Of a stretch of DNA of 64,000 nt, positions 48,601-64,000 are shown piece after piece; the stretch's first letter is position 1; every line of letters starts with the position of its first letter. The translations under genes were made by a program, and so were the position numbers. A model generated the notes under the pieces. That model did no database searches. It saw nothing but the letters and a program-made list of their open reading frames with translations, and was not told where the DNA came from. The stretch is from Antedon mediterranea. Taxonomy: Eukaryota > Animalia > Echinodermata. Location: contig NC_092670.1 in NCBI RefSeq assembly GCF_964355755.1, forward strand, positions 38,180,388 to 38,244,387, in the 5' to 3' direction.

Positions 48601-50128
48601 TGATAGTGTGGCTTCAAACGTACTTTTCATCTGAGTTTACTGCAATGGACAACGGTTGGATTACACCTTCAATAAGAACCTCTCGATTTTCACCGTTTAA
48701 ATCAGCTTTCTCGATTGTTTGGGAAGCAGAATCAGTCCAGAATAATGTATTAGTACGCACATCAACAGAAAGTGACATATCTATGGAATGGAAATGGAAT
48801 TAAACAAAATGCGAAATTGAATTAATGGATAATGATTAAATTGTACGTATGGGATGAGAAGAAATGTGGAATAGGAAAGTGTGGAATAGGATGAAAGTGT
48901 GAAATTGGATGAAAGTGTGTACTGGAATGAAAGTGTGAAATTGGATGAAAATGTGGAATGGGATGAAAGTGTAGAATGTGATGAAAATGTGGAACCTGAT
49001 GAAAGTGGGAATGGGATGAAAATGTGGAACCTGATGAAAGTGTGGAATGGGATGAAAGTGTGGAATGGGATGAAAGTGTGGAATAGGAAGAAAGTGTGGA
49101 ATGATGTGAAAGTGTGAAATGGGATGGAAACGTGGAATGGGAAGAAAAGGTGGAAGCGGATGAATAGTTGAATATGATGTTTAAAGTTAATGATGAAAAT
49201 GTGAAATTAGAAGATGAAAATGTGGAATAAGATAAAAGTTTGGAACAAAATAATATTGTGAAAGCAGATGAATTTCATATCATATAAAAGTTAATACGGG
49301 TACGCGTTATACATTGTAGAACAAATCAAATTATCAGTTTAATTTAACAGTTTTTTTGTTGTTAAACCTAGTTTATAAGATTTAGACATAACTTGCATAG
49401 TTGCATCTTTGTAATTATTACACAAATCCCACACATTCCAACCTAGCTTTCTGTATTGTGCAATTTTACAAAAGAGAGTACAATACATACATTCAATATT
49501 TAAAAAACTAAATTAAATTTAAAACTAAATGAATGAAATAATTGCCTTACTTCTTGAAACTCCTGCCATGGATTCTTCTTCTTCAGAAATCACGACCTCG
49601 GAGGTCTCGTCTGCTAAGAAGTAGCGCCATATACTATTAGTAGATTCTTCTACCCAATATACTGCACACATTCGACGATGAAAGTCCACGGATTTTGGGG
49701 AGAAATGTTCTGCCATAGTGGGTAGTGGTTCAAAATTAACCTCGAATTCAACATTTTCATAATCGAACAATGAGAAGTATATTCCTGGTGTTGTTACACT
49801 ACTAACAATCACAAATTCACTCGTTACATCTATTGAATAAAGTTTTAACTGTTATTAAAATAACATTTCAATATTAATAGTTGAAGATTATGGGACAGTC
49901 AACATTATTCAATTAAGATGATCCGTATCTAAAAGCATAATGATTTAAAAATCGATTGACTGATATAGGGCCTAAGCCTAGTATAATATCCACCCTCGGT
50001 GCCCTCATGTGCCTCCATTCATTTATATATATATTTTTTTAATTAAAAAACTCACTTATAGCAGTCGAAAATTTAAGCAATCCCACAAGAAAACAGAGCC
50101 AAAGCTGGATCGTCGTTATAAACATCAT
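27683..50128 (-). CDS. Giant adhesion GPCR, ~4,819 aa: signal peptide, YWTD propeller, mucin stalk, 4xHYR, EGF, Ig, SEA, HormR, GAIN/GPS, 7TM
   Basis: 24 GT-AG exons in continuous frame, 14,460 nt: 50128-50056, 49829-49551, 48780-48624, 48317-48190, 47491-47237, 47075-37269, 37169-36933, 36355-36119, 35771-35535, 35243-35016, 34734-34621, 34503-34243, 34062-33953, 33607-33391, 32875-32771, 32332-32205, 31896-31750, 31509-31131, 30995-30823, 30294-30130, 29492-29377, 29132-28870, 28529-28460, 28256-27683. Motifs: FWTD/YWGD/YWTQ; GPS CVFWD...GGWSSEGC...CECTHL|TNFAILM; 7TM HYFLLSSIFWM, LGLTW, LNSFQGFLIF. Confidence 0.88.
29630..30055 (-). mobile_element. 5'-truncated Rex1/Babar-type LINE with (TCTTGAA)n tail in the aGPCR GPS-TM1 intron
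   Basis: Minus translation KIAQRIIKADL...ILKKVNNIMKDPTHPLH...SGIRLRPPRANLCRTRKSFVVNSIHIFN. Then aataaa and a tail seen as attcaag x4 at 29632-29660. Confidence 0.8.
30130..30294 (-). CDS. GPS exon of the adhesion GPCR (HL|T site and Stachel TNFAILM)
   Basis: ISETNINTTCVFWDFNLFGTGGWSSEGCTFVNGSTDGSDRQYCECTHLTNFAILM. It is absent from the supplied ORF track. Confidence 0.93.
32017..32159. mobile_element. MITE family C (PIF/Harbinger-like), TAA TSD
   Basis: taa|agccgattctccactaggcgaat...attcgcctagtgtaaaatctgct|taa. Confidence 0.75.
37269..47075 (-). repeat. 9,807-nt mucin exon made of four coding tandem-repeat blocks
   Basis: 69-bp (23 aa TTDVETTKATTELLAEKSTAQNP) at ~41550-46935, ~78 copies; 57-bp (19 aa TFTDLNTEESPIDATTIEG) at ~39730-41550, ~32 copies; 60-bp (20 aa EFTELINTEEPFTEATEIEG) at ~37990-39690, ~28 copies; 15-bp (TTEAS/P) at ~37290-37870. 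Copy numbers are span divided by period. Confidence 0.95.
48850..49265. repeat. Degenerate ~18-bp intronic minisatellite (gatgaaagtgtggaatgg)
   Basis: Repeated gatgaaa(g/a)tgt(g)gaa motif. Confidence 0.85.
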
Positions 50129-51354
50129 TAATTAAAAAACAGTCATGATCCAGTCTTGTATGAACAGTAAATAATCCTATATTGATCTTACGTCAAATCA
50201 ACAAGAAACCGAGATGAAATGTACCCTGATTAAGTTTTAAAAAAATAGTGCAACGTAACAATTGGTTAGTGAGTCATGGCTCAATGAATTTCAATGACAA
50301 TACTGGATTGTCAGAGTGTAAATAGAAAATCCCTTTTATAAAGACCACAGTATTCTATTGTAGCCTACATTTCTTCAGTGACTGATCCTTCACCTGATCC
50401 TAATCCTTATTACTAAAGTGCCTCTTCAAATGCATATATAATTTAGTCGCAATTGATTGAACACTGCTTTAAAAACGAAACTAACAAAAAAAATGTTAAT
50501 GAATATCATTGAAATATAAAAGAAAGATAATAAATGCGGTTTACTGTTAAATGTTTACGCCCCCTTTTGTGTTTTACACATCCATCTCCATTTGCAAACA
50601 TTGATTATTCTTTGCTGGTTTTATTTACAGCGTGACGTCATCATGACATCATGTAAATGTTTTCGCATGGTCCCATGAAAGAATTCATTGATGGTCATGC
50701 ATACGCGCACAGACAAACAACATGGACAATAATACAATATAGTAGTAAAACCGTTACGTTGGGTGTTTTCGTATTGCAGTAAAGGCCAGGGTTCAAAAGA
50801 AATCCATTTACTGAAAAGGATTCCTCTATTCAGATCGGCTACCACACAAACAATGGACAGGATACTCGGGTATATATTTCCAGTCGAAGATTACATTTCT
50901 CGAGTACACTTTTTCCCCCTCGGCATAACTCAAAACCTCAAATATTTCGCCAAAAATTGTAGATGAAAAAAAGAAAAAGAGGACAAAACCCTTTCGATGT
51001 TATCTAAAATCATGGAGGAAACTCGGGGCAATATGACAACAGGACACTGAGCTCACCTCGCTAAGATAGGAACTCGTAACAGTCCTTTTATCTCATGTAT
51101 GGTTGCGACAAATACCACTAACAGTACTGTACAATGTACGCGCGGTATCTGATTAAGGGGCGTGGAACTGATCGTCTCGCGGCCACATATAATCCTTTTG
51201 AACTCCGGAGTTCATCATCTTGTTGTTTCCTCACTTATTTATAGTGTACCTCTTCTTCTTCCAGTACCATTCAGTGTCAAATTGGCCGTCTCATTTGGGG
51301 AGGATGCTTCTTCATGTCATGCTTCAAGTGAGCTTTTGAGTCAACATCCCTTTA

Positions 51355-51528
51355 AGCTTGGTTCCCACTAGAACGTAAGGACGTAAACGCAACGCAAGCG
51401 TTTTAACCACTGACAAGCGAAGTTATAGACGGTTAGCAATCACAAGGGAATAAGCCATCGCTTGTGATTGGTCAATTCACTCACGTTGCGTTACGTCCTT
51501 GTGTTGCGTCGCTAGTGGGAACCACGCT
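51355..51528. mobile_element. Family-B MITE, TTA TSD
   Basis: tta|agcttggttcccactag...ctagtgggaaccacgct|tta; close reverse complement of 10852-11030. Confidence 0.85.
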
Positions 51529-53908
51529 TTACTGTGCAGAAATCGCAATTTTTCGCTCTCTCTAAGTCTCGGCTCAAATCCAATCATTTCCCTATGTTTT
51601 AAATTATCTTTCTAACTTCTTTTCTCTTGTTTTATTCTTCATTTGGTTGTGTTTTAGCGCATATTGGGGAATTACTGTATATACGCTATATAAACACATC
51701 ACCATCATTCCAACATAATGCATACACAATGATATTGTTGTATACACTAGTTCACAATGTCTAAACTGCTAGGTAAAAATATTTTTAGAAAATATACAAA
51801 AATTTATATATTTTTGTCATTTTTATTTAAACTTTTTGTTGAAGAAAACATTCGTGAACAATATTGGTACAAATTAAAACAAAACAGATAAAACCATGTG
51901 TTGAAAATCCAGTAAAATTTGACAGCTAGATAATTAGAAAGAATGACAATTGCATATATTACTTCTTACTTTGTATAGAATGACCGCACCTCATATCTAA
52001 AAAAAAAGTCGCATGCCAGAAAAAATTACAAAACACGTAATATAATACTTTATATAATATTAATTTTACAGTAATAATATATTTATATACGAAACAGTAC
52101 CATATTGAACACCCCATTTTATATAAGCATTACCACGTCCTTTTTATATTTTAATATACTTGAAAATACGATCAGTTACAAATAAAAAAAAATCCTGAAT
52201 ATGTTGCACAGTAATATGATCATTATCAAAACATTTCTGCAGAAAAACTTGCGTAAATTAAAATAAATTTCAGACCAATTGAATGTAACAAACTATATAT
52301 ATATATATATATACTCTTAATGTGCGATTTTTATATGATCATGTATCTATTTATATAAATTAATAGCATTTTTTTATATAACAATTATAAATTTAAATAT
52401 AGTCAATGTTATGTTATCCATGATTTTTATATTTACAGTACTATATTTGAATTAATAAAGAATTTAAAGCACAAACTTAATGTTCGCTAGTGCCAGAGTA
52501 CTGTAGTATGTGGGTATGATAGTGTATACATGATGTATTGAGCTATGCCTACACCATCAAAATTGATGTGACAAAAAATGTGATGTGCCCATATATGGAC
52601 AAGATGATGTCATATCACACTTTTTTTCACAAACTAGTTTGATAGTGAAGACAGAGCTTTAATAATGTACCAAATATTTAATAATATAATGTACAAAATG
52701 TAATATTTGTAGTAATATAACATGTTGTGTAGTAGTATTACACTGACTAATATCTAACATTATACTTTAATACAAAAAGGGTTATATATAAAAGTCATCT
52801 CAAGTGTGACTTATATCTTCTGCTTGTTATGGTAATAAGTCTCCTGATATACTCTATTTCTACACTACTTTAGCCTAATGCATTATAATTGAATTGTTTA
52901 TATGAATATAAAAACTTATCTTTGCAATAATTAAAAAACTATGATCAACGTTATCATATAAAAATGCCATAATAGTCACCCTCATCATCCTCATAATCAG
53001 CTTAAATTATATTAATTTTCTTTATATTATTAAATATATATTATTACCATAATCTGTATTATATCCTAACCATCAATCCTATTAATCTAATATTCAACAT
53101 TCATTGTTAATTTAGTGTGCTGTATATGATGGCCAGGAATAGTCACTCTCATAGCTATTCTATTTCATGGTATTTTATTATGTTCTTTTATCATTATTAT
53201 TATCACCAAAATTAACTCATCATTATTCATAATTATTTACTCACAGTATTAAAATTATATAAATAAAAAACATATTAGTTTTCATATTGATATAGTTAAT
53301 ATTAATAGGAAACCAGTAATTGAAACTTATGTTTCAAGACAGCAAACTACATATTAATATACTAATTGAAACCAGAGGAAAATGTTTTCACTATATTAGT
53401 TTTCAGTACATGAAAATTATTGAATTGCGAAAATGAAATACATACAACAATGATCTCATACAAAATGTTGAAAATGATACAAATATTATTGTTAGATATG
53501 AAAACAACAATTAAGGAGACAATAATGGTGATGATAATATTAATAATAATAATAATAATAATTCTTGCAGTTTAGCTTATAAATTTGTTTGATTTTATAC
53601 TATTATAATAATATTTATTAAAATAATCTTTGAATTGGCCAACAATAAGTTATATATATATATTTCTCACTCACTATGGTTATATTACAAAATGAAAAGC
53701 ATGATGGGATAGAAAGCCCTGTTTAACATACTTTACCCACAATGCCCAGTATCCTACTTTTATTATCAGAGAACATTTGAATATTAGTAATTAACTTTTA
53801 TAACATTCGTATATAAATGTTCATTGCTAGTAAAGTCTTACATTTATTTAAATCAAGTTTATTAATTTTGTGTTCCCTCTGATTCATTTATTTTAAAATT
53901 GGTGCAAT

Positions 53909-61622
<7,714 letters not shown>

Positions 61623-62156
61623 CTGTAATGAAAAATAAATTATATAATATTCAAGTTTTAATTTAGTATATATATTTTAAAATATAATTTCAAAGTTTTA
61701 ATTTAGTAGATATAAATTGTTTGGGAGGTGGTAAAAACTTGAAAGGGGAAATAATCTACTTTTTTGAGACACTAGACATTAAGGGACACTCTACTATTAT
61801 GTGTAAAACACGAGAAGCAACACTATGGCAAAACCACTAATTAGGACACACCCATATTCAGGTATATGAAGGTGTCCCCTTAATAGAGGTTCAATCATTT
61901 TAAGATGTCCCCCTATAGGAGTTCTACAGTGTAATCATGAATCATTTTCAATAAAAATTAAACAAAAATTGGGGCGAGTTGAAATTGTTCAAAAAGACAA
62001 ACCTTTGTTTGGCTTTCATTCAGATTTATTGTATTATTTAAAAACTTATCATTTCCTGTTATTTGGAAAATAGCCATATGTACGCATTTGACAAAATACT
62101 AAATTAGGATTTATAAATTGTGGAGGTGTGATTTATTCCTCATTCAATATTTTACG

Positions 62157-63584
62157 TTGTGACAAATACACTAAACAAATGGGATATAAGAATAAAAACA
62201 AAATTAATTTGTTTTACTAGATGGTACGCTCGCTTCGCTCGCGTACCATCTAGGTCGTGCCCACAGATGGTTCTCGAATAACTGGCGATTTCAAATGTAC
62301 GTACCGCAGGACTATAATACATTGTCGTTTACAGAAACGAATAAATAGACACGATGATTTATGTAGTCAACTAAAATTAGCACCCTGGGAATTACTTCCG
62401 AAGGAGAAACTTATCACAAAATGAGTCCAAATTTTTGATTTGGACTCATTTAAAGAAACCCAATTTGTGTTTTGTATGGGTTTTTTTATATTAGGGTTGA
62501 GGGATGGGAAAGCGGATAGGTACAAAGAGGAACAATTTTTAAATATATTCTTTATCCACTCAGTAACGAAATATTGTTTTCGTGTTTTATAGGCCTATAA
62601 ATAATATACCTCTAAATACAGTAAAACATTTGCGATTTAATACTTTGTTAAAACTGTCACTGTCATAATCGATTGAAATATTAAAGTACATGTCACGATA
62701 CACCACTACGACGTTTATTTTATTGGTAATTATTAATTAATACAAACGTTGAGAAGGAACTGTCAGTATAAAGTTTATTTGTATATAATAATGTGTTTAT
62801 ATATCTAACAGTAGATCCTATCCACAATCTCAGTAATAAAGTTTATCTGTATATATTTTTATATTACACCTAACAGTACTTTACATTACAGTACTTTATA
62901 TTACATCTAACAGTACTTTACATCTAACAGTACGAATATTCACAGTAAGAAATGTTCGATTCAAATGAGGACTAAAAATAGTTAATATATATTTATAGTA
63001 TTGCCAACGTATTGCAAGTTTATTCTCAAAGGGCCCATATATTTACCTACCGTATGTGTTAAATCAAGGGCTCATAAATTTACCTACTTGTGTTAAACCA
63101 AACTCTGGCAGACTGAGAGATTGGGATGTTCCATTCATCGCAAATCAATACATTTGTATAATCTTATATTAAATCTATCAAAATAGTATTTTTTAAAGAA
63201 AATCGGCCTGTCTTCAACATTATGATGGTGTACTCTAGCTGTTCAACCGGTTTTCAGCTATTGAAAACAATTATCGTAGGAGGAGATAGGGAAATGCGAA
63301 GTGTCCTCGTATTATTGTGTGCGGGTATTTTTCAAATTGTCATCCATTAGACAGTGTATACTACGATCGGAAAACACCCCTATTTGGGGCAAATCGTTGA
63401 ACCTAAATTCGTTTTAATCGTCAATAACTAATTATCGAACTTAATTTAATCAGTAAACAGGGTTACATCAGGTGGTTAAAATCAGTACCGAAAGTACGAA
63501 CCAACTTTATATACCATCGAGTAAAAATTCTAGAAGTAAGGCGTGATTTACCGAATTTTGCCCTTACGTAAATTTATATATAGA
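62157..63584 (-). mobile_element. Non-autonomous Helitron (~1,428 bp) in a HECW intron
   Basis: Minus strand reads a|TCTATATATAAA...CTAGATGGTACGC gagcgaagcga GCGTACCATCTAG|t: 5'-TC, 3'-CTAG, a 3' hairpin, A|T insertion site and no TSD. The 3' end is firm; the 5' end is the best candidate. Confidence 0.75.
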
Positions 63585-63730
63585 TTAAAAATCAAAATAG
63601 AACTATTAATAGATGAGGTAATTTATTGAACTATTAAACAAATCAATAATATTAAGTATCAATCAAGTGAGTATAAAAGCATAAACAACATGGATGGTTA
63701 ACATAAAAAGGAAAAAGAACTTTTCACATG

Positions 63731-63794
63731 CGGACCTATACACATGCTTGCTAAAAAACGTACGGACCTATACACATGCTTGCTAAAAAACGTA
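63731..63794. repeat. 32-bp exact tandem duplication
   Basis: cggacctatacacatgcttgctaaaaaacgta x2. Confidence 0.9.
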
Positions 63795-64000
63795 CTGAGT
63801 GGTGAACACAAGTGAGACGTGCAATGTCTAACGATGATTAGCGTTTAAGATGATGACAATAAAAGCATAAAGTCAAAATTCAAATATCAGATATATAATT
63901 TGTTTTCTTCACATTTATTAAATATATATAATTGTATGTTGAATTGAATAATAAGTGTTTCTAAGGTCAAATAAAATATTAATATTTTGTTCTGAAATAA

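Overview
AT-rich, intron-containing animal genomic DNA. The gene and repeat content suggests an invertebrate deuterostome, possibly an echinoderm (inference). I hand-assembled six protein-coding genes from GT-AG sites and reading-frame continuity. They are a TRIM45-like RING/B-box/coiled-coil/filamin gene (+), two tandem class A GPCR paralogs with intronless ORFs (-), a complete ARL5 (-), a 24-exon giant adhesion GPCR of about 4,819 aa (-), and the 3' half of a HECW-type WW/HECT E3 ligase (-) that runs off the right edge. The adhesion GPCR has the order YWTD propeller, a single 9.8-kb Thr/Glu-rich mucin exon, 4xHYR, EGF, Ig, SEA, HormR, GAIN/GPS, 7TM. Non-coding DNA holds two nested GGT...ACC DNA transposons with 8-bp TSDs, a 1.43-kb non-autonomous Helitron, about 25 PIF/Harbinger-type MITEs, three LINE remnants and several minisatellites. 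The most unusual items are the giant adhesion GPCR with a frame-neutral mucin exon and two autoproteolysis motifs, and a 33/99-bp array between the GPCR paralogs that looks like one tRNA 5' half followed by about 18 tandem tRNA 3' ends (B-box, several ending in CCA). No database searches were run, so family assignments come from motif recognition.
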